Of a stretch of 64,000 nucleotides of DNA, positions 37,175 to 47,587 are shown in pieces. The notes beneath the pieces are model-generated. The model had not been told where the DNA came from. It worked only from the letters and a program-made list of their open reading frames with translations, and did no database searches. The first letter of the stretch is position 1, and every line of letters begins with the position of its first letter. Made by a program: the position numbers and the translations under genes. The stretch comes from Thermotogaceae bacterium (lineage in GTDB: Bacteria > Thermotogota > Thermotogae > Thermotogales > Thermotogaceae), in NCBI GenBank assembly GCA_015489065.1, contig WGAO01000120.1, positions 24,936 through 88,935 on the forward strand. Direction: 5' to 3'.

Positions 37175-38197
37175 ATGATCAAGAGGGTACTTTTGGTAGT
37201 GGTGTTGGCATTGGCAGTTCTGATGGTAGCAAAACCCATAAAGGTTGTTCATGTTGCCCTTGGAAACTATGGAGACCACTGGGTACAGCTTGTATCAGGT
37301 GCAAGACAAATGGCAAAGGCTCTGGGAATGGATTTGACGGTCTTAGATTCACAAATGTCAAACAGTAAGCAAGTTCAGAACTTGGAAAACGCTATATCTA
37401 TGAAACCAGATGCCATATTCATAGATCATGGAGATGGAAATGCGTTGAAGCCTGGAATAGTCAGAGCAATGAAAATGGGAATTCCCGTGATAATATTTGA
37501 TGTCATAACGGATGCAGAAGTTACATCTGACATCTCACAGGATGATTACATGCTTGGATACAAAAGCTTGTTGAAACTCGCACTCGATATAAATGGAAAA
37601 GGAAACATAGTTATAGTTACCCTATCCGGTATAGCTCCACTTGAAAGAAGAATGAAGATAGTCCAGCTCATACTCGACAGATTTCCAAAGATAAAAGTTG
37701 CTCAGACACTTGCGCCAGAATTCGGCTCTGCAGTTATAACTCAAACCACAGCTTTGGTGGATGCTGTCCTGAAAGCCAAGGGAAAAGATATAGCCGCAAT
37801 ATGGGCTCCATATGATCAGCTTGCAATAGGCGCTCTCCAAGCTGTCAACCAAAACGGACTTAAAATCCCCGTTTACAGTGTTGATGTCAGTCCTTATGAC
37901 CTCACTCTTATGGCGAGACCTGGAAGCAATTGGAAAGCAACTGCAGCATGTGATCCTTCTGAGATCGGTAGAGTTGCTATGAGGATAGCCTACCTTGCTG
38001 CCACTGGGCAAAAAGATAAAATACCAAGGTATGTAATAATCCCAGCTGCCCTGATAACCCAAGAAATGGCAAGAAAAATAAACCTCAAAGCTGGAGAGTA
38101 CATAACCAAAAAACTTGTTCCAGAATGGGGAGATAGCGGATTCGCATGGACTGATGAAATGAGAAAAATGGTAGAAGGGAAATTGGGAGGAAAATGA
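37175..38197 (+). CDS. Sugar ABC transporter substrate-binding protein (RbsB-like, PBP type I)
   Basis: Signal peptide followed by a PBP1 fold pattern; 340 aa. It precedes the RbsA/RbsC-like genes. Confidence 0.8.
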   Translation: MIKRVLLVVVLALAVLMVAKPIKVVHVALGNYGDHWVQLVSGARQMAKALGMDLTVLDSQMSNSKQVQNLENAISMKPDAIFIDHGDGNALKPGIVRAMKMGIPVIIFDVITDAEVTSDISQDDYMLGYKSLLKLALDINGKGNIVIVTLSGIAPLERRMKIVQLILDRFPKIKVAQTLAPEFGSAVITQTTALVDAVLKAKGKDIAAIWAPYDQLAIGALQAVNQNGLKIPVYSVDVSPYDLTLMARPGSNWKATAACDPSEIGRVAMRIAYLAATGQKDKIPRYVIIPAALITQEMARKINLKAGEYITKKLVPEWGDSGFAWTDEMRKMVEGKLGGK

Positions 38198-38209
38198 GGG
38201 ATTGACGGT

Positions 38210-39721
38210 ATGGACAGATTCGTTCTAGTAACTAAGAAATTATCTAAGAGATTTCCAGGCGTTCAAGCTTTAAAAGATATAGACATGGAAATCCGTGGAG
38301 GAGAGATCCACTCTCTGGTTGGTGCAAATGGTGCGGGAAAGAGTACATTTGCAAAGATAATATCAGGGGTCTATAAGGATTATGAAGGAGAGATATTCAT
38401 AAATGGTGAAAAAGTCGTTTTGGATACACCGCAAAAATCCTTTCAATATGGAATAAGTGTCGTTTATCAAGAAGTTGACAGTGCTCTGATTCACTATTTT
38501 ACAGTCGCGGAGAATCTTCTCATGAGTTCGGTAACACAATACGGGAGTTTTGTGTCTCAAAAAAAGTTAGTGAAAATAGCTAAAGAAAAGCTAAAGTCTT
38601 TGGGATTGAAGCTCCCATTTGATCTGAACACAAGAGTGAGCGAGCTTTCAGTATCACAAAAACAGCTCCTTTTGATATTCAAATCACTGATACACAACAG
38701 TCGGTTGATAATATTCGATGAACCAACATCCTCTCTTGGTCCCGTGGAAGTCGAGCAACTTTTTGAAATCATCCATTCGTTAAAAGAACGGGGAATAGCA
38801 GTCCTGTACATATCACACAGAATGCCAGAGATATTCACAATATCTGACAAAATAACTGTCTTCAGGGATGGAAGAAAAATAGGGACATTTCCAAGAGATG
38901 AAGTTACTCCAGACGATATCATAAGATACATGATAGGGAAAAGCAGCCAGAAGATAGAGATATCTTCCAAAGAAATGTCAAATACCCCTATATTGGAAAT
39001 TCATAGAAAGAGCGACGAAAGTCAGAAACTTGTCCTTTACAAGGGAGAAGTTCTAGGGCTTACAGGATTGGTTGGAGCTGGAAAGACCGAGTTATTAAAG
39101 GAAATATACACAGGAAGTAAGGATTTAAAAGTAGCCTTAGACGGAAAAGAGGTCAGGATAAAAACCTCAACAGATGCGGTCAAGATGGGAATATATTTCT
39201 TGCCTGAAGAAAGGAGAAAAGAGGGTCTTCTCATAAAGGAAAATCTCATATGGAATATGCTTCTTCCAAGCTTTGGAGATTTTGCAAACGCTCTTGGATT
39301 TATGAAAGACAAAGAGGCAGCTCAGGTTTCAAAAAGATTTGCAGAGAAGCTTCGCGTTAAGTTTGCAGATCTTAGACAAAGAGTGGAAAGCCTGAGCGGT
39401 GGTAATCAGCAGAAACTGATAATAGCTAGATGGCTCATTAAAAATGAACTGAAGGGTGCTCGTGTAATACTCTTTGACGAACCTACCGTAGGAATAGATG
39501 TTGGAGCAAAAGAGGAGATATACAACATTGTCAGAACTGTAGCTGAGTCTGGAATAGGAGTGATATTCTCATCTTCTGACATAGACGAAGTTTTAAAAGT
39601 AGCAGACAGAATAGTTGTAATGAGGGATAACAAATTCATAGCAGAAATAGAAAGGAAAGATTTCTCAGAAGAGAAGATACTTTCTCTGGCTGCCGGAAGA
39701 CATGAAATAGTGAAAAACTAA
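38210..39721 (+). CDS. Sugar ABC transporter ATP-binding protein with duplicated ABC domains (RbsA/MglA-like)
   Basis: Walker A GANGAGKST, the signatures LSVSQKQ and LSGGNQQK, and Walker B motifs IIFDEPT and ILFDEPT. Confidence 0.92.
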   Translation: MDRFVLVTKKLSKRFPGVQALKDIDMEIRGGEIHSLVGANGAGKSTFAKIISGVYKDYEGEIFINGEKVVLDTPQKSFQYGISVVYQEVDSALIHYFTVAENLLMSSVTQYGSFVSQKKLVKIAKEKLKSLGLKLPFDLNTRVSELSVSQKQLLLIFKSLIHNSRLIIFDEPTSSLGPVEVEQLFEIIHSLKERGIAVLYISHRMPEIFTISDKITVFRDGRKIGTFPRDEVTPDDIIRYMIGKSSQKIEISSKEMSNTPILEIHRKSDESQKLVLYKGEVLGLTGLVGAGKTELLKEIYTGSKDLKVALDGKEVRIKTSTDAVKMGIYFLPEERRKEGLLIKENLIWNMLLPSFGDFANALGFMKDKEAAQVSKRFAEKLRVKFADLRQRVESLSGGNQQKLIIARWLIKNELKGARVILFDEPTVGIDVGAKEEIYNIVRTVAESGIGVIFSSSDIDEVLKVADRIVVMRDNKFIAEIERKDFSEEKILSLAAGRHEIVKN

Positions 39722-39726
39722 CGCAT

Positions 39727-39747
39727 CCCTGCCCCCTGCGGGCAGGG
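39727..39747 (+). other. GC-rich stem-loop between the ABC ATPase and permease genes
   Basis: CCCTGCC-(7 nt)-GGCAGGG starts 6 nt after the ATPase stop, in an otherwise AT-rich spacer, and is followed by GTTCTTC. Confidence 0.5.
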
Positions 39748-39782
39748 GTTCTTCAACATTTCTCTATCTAAGGAGGGTCAGT

Positions 39783-40790
39783 ATGGGCCAATCCAATATC
39801 AACAAAGGTGATCTTCTGAGAATCATAGTGGCTAAATATGGTGTCGTTATAGCTCTTGGAATCGTTATAGCCTTATTTGGAATCATTACTCCAAATTTCA
39901 TGAGTGTTGGAAACTTTACAAACATATTGAGATCGATATCAGTTATCACAGTTTTATCACTCGGCCTAACAGTGGCATTAGCTGCAGGAGCATTCAATTT
40001 GGCAGTAACAGGTATTGCAGGTTTTGCAGGAGCCTTATCAGCAGGTTTAATGGTATGGAATCAACTCAGTGCTATAACTTCTTCCGTAATTGCTCTCATC
40101 GTGGGGATGCTTATGGGAGCGGCAATAGGACTTTTCGTCATATATTTCAGGGTAGATGATCTTCTTGCAAGTTTAGGCGCAATGTACATAGCCCAAGGCA
40201 TGACGCTTACTTATACAGGTGGTTTGAATATATATTCAAACATGATAAAACCATCGCCCGGAGGAGGGTTCACAACGGCTCCTGGACGAATCTCAGATGG
40301 ATTTATATTCATGGGACAGGGAATGGTCGGAGTCATACCAATGCCCGTTATAATAATGTTCATAGTTATCGTTTTAGTTCATATATTTCTAAACAATACG
40401 AAATGGGGTAGAAACATATACTCTGTTGGATCAAATCCCGAAGCTGCATATCTAGCCGGTATACCGGTCAACGGATACAAGATATTCGCTTATTCCCTGT
40501 CTGGAATTCTGGCAGCCTTTGCCGGAATACTTCTTGTAGCTAGACTTGGCAGTGCTCAGATAGCGGAATCCCAAGCACTCCTTCTTGACTGCGTCGCTGC
40601 GAGTTACATCGGATTCTCTTTTCTCGGACAAGGAAAACCCAACGCTTTTGGAACCTTCATAGGAGCTGCTCTAATGGGTATAATGGTCAATGGACTAAGT
40701 ATGTTGGGAGTTTCCTATACAACTCAAGACATATTCAAAGGGATAATTCTTCTGTTGTCACTAGCTATCTCAAGACTCTCTCAAAAATAG
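39783..40790 (+). CDS. Sugar ABC transporter permease (RbsC-like, CUT2)
   Basis: 335 aa polytopic protein with a BPD_transp_2-like pattern (...ARLGSAQ...). Confidence 0.88.
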   Translation: MGQSNINKGDLLRIIVAKYGVVIALGIVIALFGIITPNFMSVGNFTNILRSISVITVLSLGLTVALAAGAFNLAVTGIAGFAGALSAGLMVWNQLSAITSSVIALIVGMLMGAAIGLFVIYFRVDDLLASLGAMYIAQGMTLTYTGGLNIYSNMIKPSPGGGFTTAPGRISDGFIFMGQGMVGVIPMPVIIMFIVIVLVHIFLNNTKWGRNIYSVGSNPEAAYLAGIPVNGYKIFAYSLSGILAAFAGILLVARLGSAQIAESQALLLDCVAASYIGFSFLGQGKPNAFGTFIGAALMGIMVNGLSMLGVSYTTQDIFKGIILLLSLAISRLSQK

Positions 40791-40803
40791 TGAGGAGATG
40801 CAC

Positions 40804-41535
40804 ATGAAAACCGAGAGATACAGGAAAAGCTTAGTGAGTCTTGCAAAAGAAGGAGTGCTGAAATATATATCATCTAACAATCTAAAGCCTGGAGATAAAT
40901 TGGCTTCCGAGATAGAGCTTTCACGAATCGTGGGGGTGAGCAGATCTACTCTCAGAGAAGCCCTTGCTGAATTATCGAGAGAAGGATACATATACAAAAA
41001 GCAAGGAAAGGGAACATTTGTTATGGAAAGAGCTAATTTTTTGAGAAGTGGGCTCGAAAAGTTCGAAGGGGTTACAGAAGTAATAAGATCATTCAATTAC
41101 AAACCAAGGACTGAAGTGATAAAAATAGAAGTTGGAGCACCAAATGAAGAAATCAAAGATATGTTGGAATTATCTGAAGAAGAGATGGTTGTGACTTTCT
41201 ATAGAAAAAGATTTGCCAACGATAAATTTGCAGTATATTCTGTAAGTTCTTCTCCAGCATCTCTATTTGTTGATGGAATACCAAAATGCTTTGAAAATGA
41301 ATCGATGATAGATTACTTTGAAAATCACCTGAAGATAAAAGTAAATGCTGCGATAGCGGAGATAAGTCCCTTTGTATTTGATGAAAATATGTCCAGAAAG
41401 CTGGGAATAAAACCAGGAATATTGTTTTTGCTATTAAAGCAAGTTGTAGTTGACTCGATGGGAAGAAAAGTAATATATTCTTTGGATTACTACAACTCAG
41501 AGCTTTTCAGGTTTTTCATAAATAGAAAGAGATAA
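40804..41535 (+). CDS. GntR-family regulator with a UTRA effector domain (HutC subfamily)
   Basis: LASEIELSRIVGVSRSTLREALAELSREGYIYKKQGKGTFV HTH plus a C-terminal UTRA-like domain. ATG 40804 lies 6 nt after GAGGAG; the alternative is ATG 40798. Confidence 0.85.
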   Translation: MKTERYRKSLVSLAKEGVLKYISSNNLKPGDKLASEIELSRIVGVSRSTLREALAELSREGYIYKKQGKGTFVMERANFLRSGLEKFEGVTEVIRSFNYKPRTEVIKIEVGAPNEEIKDMLELSEEEMVVTFYRKRFANDKFAVYSVSSSPASLFVDGIPKCFENESMIDYFENHLKIKVNAAIAEISPFVFDENMSRKLGIKPGILFLLLKQVVVDSMGRKVIYSLDYYNSELFRFFINRKR

Positions 41536-41664
41536 TAGAAAACCATGATATCTCCTCGTAGTAATCCCCCGTAGAGAAGGTCTCATTTGTGATTTCCCAC
41601 ACCAAAGGTGGTAAAATAAAACCACCAGAGGCTTAAGAAAAAACTCGGATGAGGAGGTGTTCAT

Positions 41665-42630
41665 ATGAGAAAGCTTTTAGCTATTCTCGTTGTGTTTGTT
41701 GTCGTCCTCGCGCTTGCAGAGACGGTCACCCTTCAACTCAAGTGGTTCAACCAGTTCCAGTTCGCCGGATTCTATGTTGCAAAGGAGAAAGGATTTTACT
41801 CTGAGGAAGGGTTGAATGTCATCATAAAACAGGGTGGGCCCACGGTAAGCCCCCTCAAAGAGATACTAGAGGGAAGAGCACAGTTTGCCATAGCAGGACC
41901 GGACATAATCCAGTATGTCTCTAAGAGAGTCCCTGTAAAAGCCATAATGACTGTTTTCCAGCAGAGTCCCACCTGTTTGATGACCCTTGAAAAGTCCGGT
42001 ATAAAGAGTCCAAAAGACTTTAAAGGAAAGACCGTTGGAATACTCAACGACTACACTTATATAGAGCTTAAGCTCATACTCAAGAAAGCTGGTTTGAGCA
42101 TTAGAGATATCAGAAAAGTCAGATGGACATTCGATCTCAAAGGATTTGTCAGCGGAAATTATGATGTAGTCCCAGCTTACAGAACAAATGAACCTGATAT
42201 CGTAAGAAGCATGGGATATGAAGTTAGACTCTTCTACCCTGAAAACTACGGCATCCACTTCGTTGGAGATGTTCTCTTTGTAAAGAGTGATCTTTTGAAA
42301 AACAACAGAGACCTCGTTAAGAGATTTGTCAGGGCTTCCTACAAAGGATGGCTTTACGCCATAGAACATCCCGAAGAAGCTATTCAGATAATTCTCGACA
42401 AATACAACACTCAAAATCTCACCAAAAAACATCTTGAATACGAAGCAGATCAGACTATTAAACTTGTTACCGCTAGGCTGAAAGACAAGAAGTACTTTGG
42501 AAGCTTTAACAAAGAACAGTGGGAGACCATGATAAAACTCATGTATGACAACAAACTAATAAGAAAAATGGTGTCTTATAACGATGTGGTCTGCGACAGT
42601 ATTATCAACGAGGTGATAGAGGGTAGGTGA
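41665..42630 (+). CDS. NMT1/THI5-like periplasmic substrate-binding protein
   Basis: A signal peptide followed by [24 protein letters not shown], typical of the NMT1/SsuA/ThiY class. No ABC permease or ATPase is adjacent. Confidence 0.75.
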   Translation: MRKLLAILVVFVVVLALAETVTLQLKWFNQFQFAGFYVAKEKGFYSEEGLNVIIKQGGPTVSPLKEILEGRAQFAIAGPDIIQYVSKRVPVKAIMTVFQQSPTCLMTLEKSGIKSPKDFKGKTVGILNDYTYIELKLILKKAGLSIRDIRKVRWTFDLKGFVSGNYDVVPAYRTNEPDIVRSMGYEVRLFYPENYGIHFVGDVLFVKSDLLKNNRDLVKRFVRASYKGWLYAIEHPEEAIQIILDKYNTQNLTKKHLEYEADQTIKLVTARLKDKKYFGSFNKEQWETMIKLMYDNKLIRKMVSYNDVVCDSIINEVIEGR

Positions 42631-44987
42631 TGAAGATGGGAATAGGAGGTAAAGTATTCACAATAGTCGCCGCTGTGGTCGCCGCCCTTCTGGTGGCGGC
42701 GATTGTAGTTAACGCTTCAGTCGCCTCTAAATTGAACAAAACCGTTTCAGATGAGCTCAACAACATGAGAACATCCATATCCTCTCAAATTGAGAACTTG
42801 AAAATTTCCTCCACTCAGAACTTCGATAAACTCAAAGGAAAGATAGAAGATTCTTTCAAGAGAGTTGGGGAAATGTTCCAAGGAAGTCTTGGTGATGTGG
42901 AAAACGAGGTAGTAAAGTCAGTTGAAGAGATAGCTCGTGAAGACGCTGTGAGAGCCGTTAAAGATAAGCTGGCAAAAATCGATCGAAAGGTAGAAGATTC
43001 TTTCAACATCGTGGTAAGCCAAATAAAAACACTGGCTCTTCTTCCATCACTGTCTGACTTTATGAACACATATGAATTCGACCCGGTATCTGCTGAGAGT
43101 ATCTCATATGGAATTGGTGATTATGTTATGAAGCTTATGGATCTGTATCCAATAGAGTCTGTGTATGTCGTTGGGACAGACAAGATGGTTCTCATAGAGA
43201 TATCGGATGATGTTTACTACGATACGGGTGAGGAATATCAAGATTCAGTTCTGGATGAAATATTAAAAGAAGCTTCAAATGTAAAGGACATATACTATGG
43301 CGACTTGAAGGAAGACATGGGTAATTACACCTTTAATATCTATGTTCCAATAAAAGATTCAAGGCTTAAAGGTGTCCTCGTTGCTCAGATTAACCTCACA
43401 GATTTTATTTCGAGTAATGTACCGACAAAGATAACAAAGAGCTCAAAAATATATGTTCTGGATGAAAATGGTGATGTAATACTACCAGTCGGAGGAAAGA
43501 GGCCTAGCAGGATTTTGAAGACGGTGAAACTTGAAGGTGATAAGGTAAAAGGTGGAATAGTTGCTAACCTTCCAGTACCAGTAACTATATACATAGAGGT
43601 CAATGTTGATGATTTCAAATCGAACATAGACAAAGTTGTATCAAATGTACTTAAGAATGTCTCCAGTTCTGTTCAGAAGAAAATGAAAGAAGAGACCAAC
43701 GGAATTATGTCGTCTCTTAACAAAGAGATAGGAGAGATCTCCAAGAATATCGACAGGGTCAGTGAAACCATTCAGAAATCTGTTAACGACTCCATAAATT
43801 CCGTGAAGAGCGGGATGGAACGTGAGAAGAAGACTGCCATGGTTACTGTTGTAGTTGTCTTCATAGTTGTTGGAGTAATTGCTCTTGTTTTTGCTCTTGT
43901 ATTCTCAAGACTCATATCAAGCCGAGTCTCAAAGATGGTCAAAGCCCTTGAAATGCTTTCAAAAGGAGATCTCACAGTTCAACTCCAAGACATGGGAAGT
44001 GACGAAATAGGAAAGATGGCACAAGCTCTCAATGAAGCTCTGGAGTCTCTTAGAGGAATGATAGAAGGTATATCTGGAACATCCGAAAGGGTTGAAAAGA
44101 CAACTGAGGATCTCGGAAACCTTTCAGACGAATTGAAAGAAGCAGGGGAAAATCTGAAAACAGCCGTTGATGACATAAAGAGAAGTTCTAACGATGTTGC
44201 AGCGGTTATAGAGGAAACAAGTGCAAGCGCTGATGAAATAGCAAGAGCGGCTCAGAGCGTTGCAGATTCGGCAGAAGGGCTCTCTGAGAAGGCAAACAAC
44301 ATATTCGATCTTGCAAGCAGAAGTAAAGACTCTTTGGAAAAGATGATGAACACCATACAAAGAGCTGTGGAGAAATCCCAAGAAGTTGGAAAAGAAGCGC
44401 AGAAGCTCTCCGATGCTACGAAGAATATAGAAGAGATCGTCAACACGATAAACTCGATAGCCGAGCAGACTAATCTCTTGGCTCTTAACGCGGCTATTGA
44501 AGCAGCAAGAGCTGGAGAAGCAGGAAAAGGTTTTGCGGTTGTTGCAGATGAGATAAGAAAGCTCGCTGAAGAATCTAGGAAATCCACAGAGGAAATTTCT
44601 CAAATACTTGGAGACATAAGGGAAAACACTGCAAAGGTCAGTGAAGAGCTCGGAGGGATGAATGACATAATAGATGAGACAGCGCAAAGCGGAAGGGAAG
44701 TCGAAGAGGAACTGAACAACGTCATAGGAGAGGTCGAAGCAATCGGTCATCTCATCGAAGCCACATCTGCTGCAGCTGAGGAGCAGAGCGCATCAACGAG
44801 GGAAATATCTGAAGCTATGAAAAACGCTGAAAGTCGCGTCAACGAGATGATAAGAAACATCGATGATATAGTAAGCATATCTGAGAGCCTCCTCAACATA
44901 TCTGAAGAGATTCAGCAGTCAAGTGATAACTTGAAAGAAGCTTTTGGAAAGCTCAAGGATGCCATAGATCGATTCAAAATAGATTAA
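42627..44987 (+). CDS. Methyl-accepting chemotaxis protein with a large (about 370 aa) extracytoplasmic sensor, HAMP and signalling domains
   Basis: TM1 (aa 8-30), TM2 ([24 protein letters not shown]), HAMP, and the highly conserved hairpin [38 protein letters not shown]. Confidence 0.93.
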   Translation: MMKMGIGGKVFTIVAAVVAALLVAAIVVNASVASKLNKTVSDELNNMRTSISSQIENLKISSTQNFDKLKGKIEDSFKRVGEMFQGSLGDVENEVVKSVEEIAREDAVRAVKDKLAKIDRKVEDSFNIVVSQIKTLALLPSLSDFMNTYEFDPVSAESISYGIGDYVMKLMDLYPIESVYVVGTDKMVLIEISDDVYYDTGEEYQDSVLDEILKEASNVKDIYYGDLKEDMGNYTFNIYVPIKDSRLKGVLVAQINLTDFISSNVPTKITKSSKIYVLDENGDVILPVGGKRPSRILKTVKLEGDKVKGGIVANLPVPVTIYIEVNVDDFKSNIDKVVSNVLKNVSSSVQKKMKEETNGIMSSLNKEIGEISKNIDRVSETIQKSVNDSINSVKSGMEREKKTAMVTVVVVFIVVGVIALVFALVFSRLISSRVSKMVKALEMLSKGDLTVQLQDMGSDEIGKMAQALNEALESLRGMIEGISGTSERVEKTTEDLGNLSDELKEAGENLKTAVDDIKRSSNDVAAVIEETSASADEIARAAQSVADSAEGLSEKANNIFDLASRSKDSLEKMMNTIQRAVEKSQEVGKEAQKLSDATKNIEEIVNTINSIAEQTNLLALNAAIEAARAGEAGKGFAVVADEIRKLAEESRKSTEEISQILGDIRENTAKVSEELGGMNDIIDETAQSGREVEEELNNVIGEVEAIGHLIEATSAAAEEQSASTREISEAMKNAESRVNEMIRNIDDIVSISESLLNISEEIQQSSDNLKEAFGKLKDAIDRFKID

Positions 44988-44991
44988 AAAG

Positions 44992-45020
44992 AAAAAGGCT
45001 CCCGCTTGGGAGCCTTTTTT
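44992..45020. terminator. Bidirectional rho-independent terminator between the convergent MCP and ClpB-like genes
   Basis: AAAAAGGCTCCC-GCTT-GGGAGCCTTTTT is a perfect 12-bp stem with A/T tracts on both sides. The ClpB-like stop codon lies in the T-tract. Confidence 0.85.
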
Positions 45021-47421
45021 ATGACGCTTTCTGCACCATCGAATTTTTGTCCGCTTTTCTTATATCTATCTTTCCGTCTTTTACATCGATTATGACCGTG
45101 TCTCCTTCTTCGATCTCTCCGGATATGAGTTTCATCGCCAAAGGTGTCTCGACTTCTCTTTCTATAACCCTTCTAAGAGGTCTTGCACCAAACGCTGGAT
45201 CGTACCCTTTATTTGCCAGGTATTCTTTCGCACTATCAGATATCTGTAGCTTCAAGTTCTTATCTTTCAATCTCTTCTCAAGTTTCTTTATCATCAGATC
45301 GACTATTTGCTTGACATGTTCCTTCTTAAGTGGCTTGAATATCACCACAGAATCTATTCTGTTGATGAATTCCGGTCTAAAGTATCTCTTGAGCTCTTCT
45401 CTAACAAGCTGCTCTATCTCTTCGAAATCTTTTCCTCTTTCAAGATTTCTGAGTATCGTATCACTTGCTATGTTACTCGTCATGATTATTATCGTATTCC
45501 TGAAATCTACGGTGTTTCCTTTTCCATCTGTCAGTCTTCCATCGTCAAAGACCTGAAGAAGAACATTGAACACTTCCGGATGCGCTTTTTCTATCTCATC
45601 CAATAGCACCACGCTATAAGGTCTTCTTCTAACGGCTTCTGTAAGCTGACCACCTTCTTCGTACCCGACATATCCCGGAGGAGCTCCTATGAGTCTTGAG
45701 ACGCTATGCTTTTCCATGTACTCACTCATGTCGATTCTTATCATAGCATCCTCACTTCCAAAGAGCACCTCAGCCAGGGCTTTCGCAAGCTCAGTTTTTC
45801 CAACACCAGTCGGTCCGAGGAATAGGAATGTTCCTATTGGCCTCTTTGGATCCTTTATACCTGCTCTAGCCTTTCTAACGACGTCCGCTATTACCTTGAC
45901 AGCTTCTTCTTGGTCAACTATTCTCTGATGAATAAGCTCTTCAAGCTTCAAGAGCTTCTCTCTTTCAGATTGAACCATCTTGCTTGCTGGTATTCCCGTC
46001 CAGCTCTCAACTACTTTGGCTATAGCATCTTCATCTACGGTGTTGTCATTCTTCACTCCGAGTTCTTTAACCACAGCCTCATAATCCTTTCTCAACTTTA
46101 TAAGCTCTTGCTTCTTCTCAGCAGCTTCTTTGTACTGACCTTTTATCGTGAGATCGTCTATTTCTTCTTCGAGCTCCTTCATTTTCTTCTCCATCTCCGC
46201 GACTCTCGGATCTTTTAGCTGACCAGAGAGTCTCGTCTTGGAAGCGGCTTCATCTATCAAATCTATTGCTTTATCCGGCAAGAACCTATCGGTTATATAT
46301 CTCGCCGAAAGCTTTGCAGCAGCTTCTATTGCTTCATCGGTTATCTTGACTTTGTGGTGATCCTCGTAAACTGGCCTTAATCCCTTGAGTATCTCTATTG
46401 TCTCCTCTACCGAAGGCTCACCAACATAGACCGGCTGAAATCTTCTTGCAAGTGCTTTGTCTTTTTCTATGTATTTTCTGTATTCCTCAACTGTCGTAGC
46501 CCCTATGGCTCTGAGTTCTCCTCTTGCAAGTGCTGGTTTCAAAAGGTTCGCTGCATCCATAGCTCCTTCTGCCGCTCCAGCTCCGACTATTGTATGGAGC
46601 TCATCGATGAAGAGTATTACTTTATCTCCAAGCTTTTTTATTTCGTCTATAACCGCTTTAAGCCTTTCTTCAAATTCTCCTCTGAACTTCGATCCAGCAA
46701 GAAGCCGACCCATATCGAGCATAAGGACGCGTTTCCCTTTAAGCTCTTCTGGAACCTCTCCCTTGACTATCTTCTGAGCAAGCCCTTCAACAATTGCAGT
46801 CTTTCCAACTCCAGGATCTCCAACCAAGACTGGATTGTTCTTCGTCTTCCTTGAAAGTATCTCAATAACTCTCTGAAGCTCTTTTTCTCTGCCGATAACT
46901 GGCATGAGTTTTCCTTCTTTTGCCAGCTTGGTCAGATCCACCGTGTATTTAGCAAGAGCGCTCTCTTCTCCGAGCTCTCCATTGTCTTGCATTTCCCTGA
47001 TCTTACTCAGAACTTTCTCGTAATCGAGCCCAAATCTTCTTAGTATGTTGTATACTGGTGTTCCCGTCTCCAAAAGGAGAGCAAGTAGAAAGTGAATTGG
47101 TCCAACTTTCTTTTCACCAAATTTCAACGATTCCTTCCTAGCGGATTCTAAAACCCTTGCCAATTCTCTTGAAATGTATATCTCATCGGAATCTCCGTAG
47201 TATACTCCGTGATATCCTCTCGTAGCAGCTTCAAGTTCTGAAATTAAAAGAGCGGTGTCAACCTTGAGTTCTTTTAATATCTTCACAACCTCATTTTCGC
47301 CATCTTCAATAATAGATATGAGAACATGTTCTGGCCTCAGGAGATTCTGCCTTCTCATCCTGAGGTTTTCAGAAGCCCTCTGCATTATTTCCATCATCTT
47401 GTCGTTTAAATTCCTCATCAT
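45019..47421 (-). CDS. Hsp100/Clp AAA+ chaperone, ClpB-like (two AAA modules, no ClpP-docking tripeptide)
   Basis: Clp_N repeats, [25 protein letters not shown], Walker A motifs GDPGVGKT and GPTGVGKT, and ESEREKLL-type linker. No [ILV]-G-[FL] loop is present in D2. A CIRCE element lies upstream. Confidence 0.85.
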   Translation of the reverse strand: MMRNLNDKMMEIMQRASENLRMRRQNLLRPEHVLISIIEDGENEVVKILKELKVDTALLISELEAATRGYHGVYYGDSDEIYISRELARVLESARKESLKFGEKKVGPIHFLLALLLETGTPVYNILRRFGLDYEKVLSKIREMQDNGELGEESALAKYTVDLTKLAKEGKLMPVIGREKELQRVIEILSRKTKNNPVLVGDPGVGKTAIVEGLAQKIVKGEVPEELKGKRVLMLDMGRLLAGSKFRGEFEERLKAVIDEIKKLGDKVILFIDELHTIVGAGAAEGAMDAANLLKPALARGELRAIGATTVEEYRKYIEKDKALARRFQPVYVGEPSVEETIEILKGLRPVYEDHHKVKITDEAIEAAAKLSARYITDRFLPDKAIDLIDEAASKTRLSGQLKDPRVAEMEKKMKELEEEIDDLTIKGQYKEAAEKKQELIKLRKDYEAVVKELGVKNDNTVDEDAIAKVVESWTGIPASKMVQSEREKLLKLEELIHQRIVDQEEAVKVIADVVRKARAGIKDPKRPIGTFLFLGPTGVGKTELAKALAEVLFGSEDAMIRIDMSEYMEKHSVSRLIGAPPGYVGYEEGGQLTEAVRRRPYSVVLLDEIEKAHPEVFNVLLQVFDDGRLTDGKGNTVDFRNTIIIMTSNIASDTILRNLERGKDFEEIEQLVREELKRYFRPEFINRIDSVVIFKPLKKEHVKQIVDLMIKKLEKRLKDKNLKLQISDSAKEYLANKGYDPAFGARPLRRVIEREVETPLAMKLISGEIEEGDTVIIDVKDGKIDIRKADKNSMVQKAS

Positions 47422-47443
47422 TTTATCACCTCCAGCTTTTATT

Positions 47444-47470
47444 TTAGCACTCGCTATAATAGACTGCTAA
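47444..47470. promoter_or_regulatory. CIRCE (HrcA operator) inverted repeat
   Basis: TTAGCACTC-GCTATAATA-GACTGCTAA versus the consensus TTAGCACTC-N9-GAGTGCTAA (17/18 positions). It lies 23-49 nt upstream of the ClpB-like start codon (47421). Confidence 0.75.
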
Positions 47471-47546
47471 TATCAAAAAAGGTTCAAATTTTTACTGATT
47501 TCGTAATACCATCAAAGCGCATAAAAAGATAAGCTGATAATGGTTG

Positions 47547-47575
47547 TTGAAAAGAATTTTTTGGTGAAGTACAAT
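47547..47575 (+). promoter_or_regulatory. Candidate sigma70-type promoter for tRNA-Ala (TTGAAA-17 nt-TACAAT)
   Basis: TTGAAA at 47547-47552 and TACAAT at 47570-47575, which is 12 nt before tRNA position +1. Confidence 0.5.
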
Positions 47576-47587
47576 ATCCGCCGGTGT

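Noticed and set aside
41607-41626. A stem-loop, GGTGGT-N8-ACCACC, after the GntR/UTRA gene as a possible terminator.
   Set aside because: The stem is only 6 bp and is followed by no T-tract (AGAGGCTTAAG). The evidence is too weak to call a terminator.
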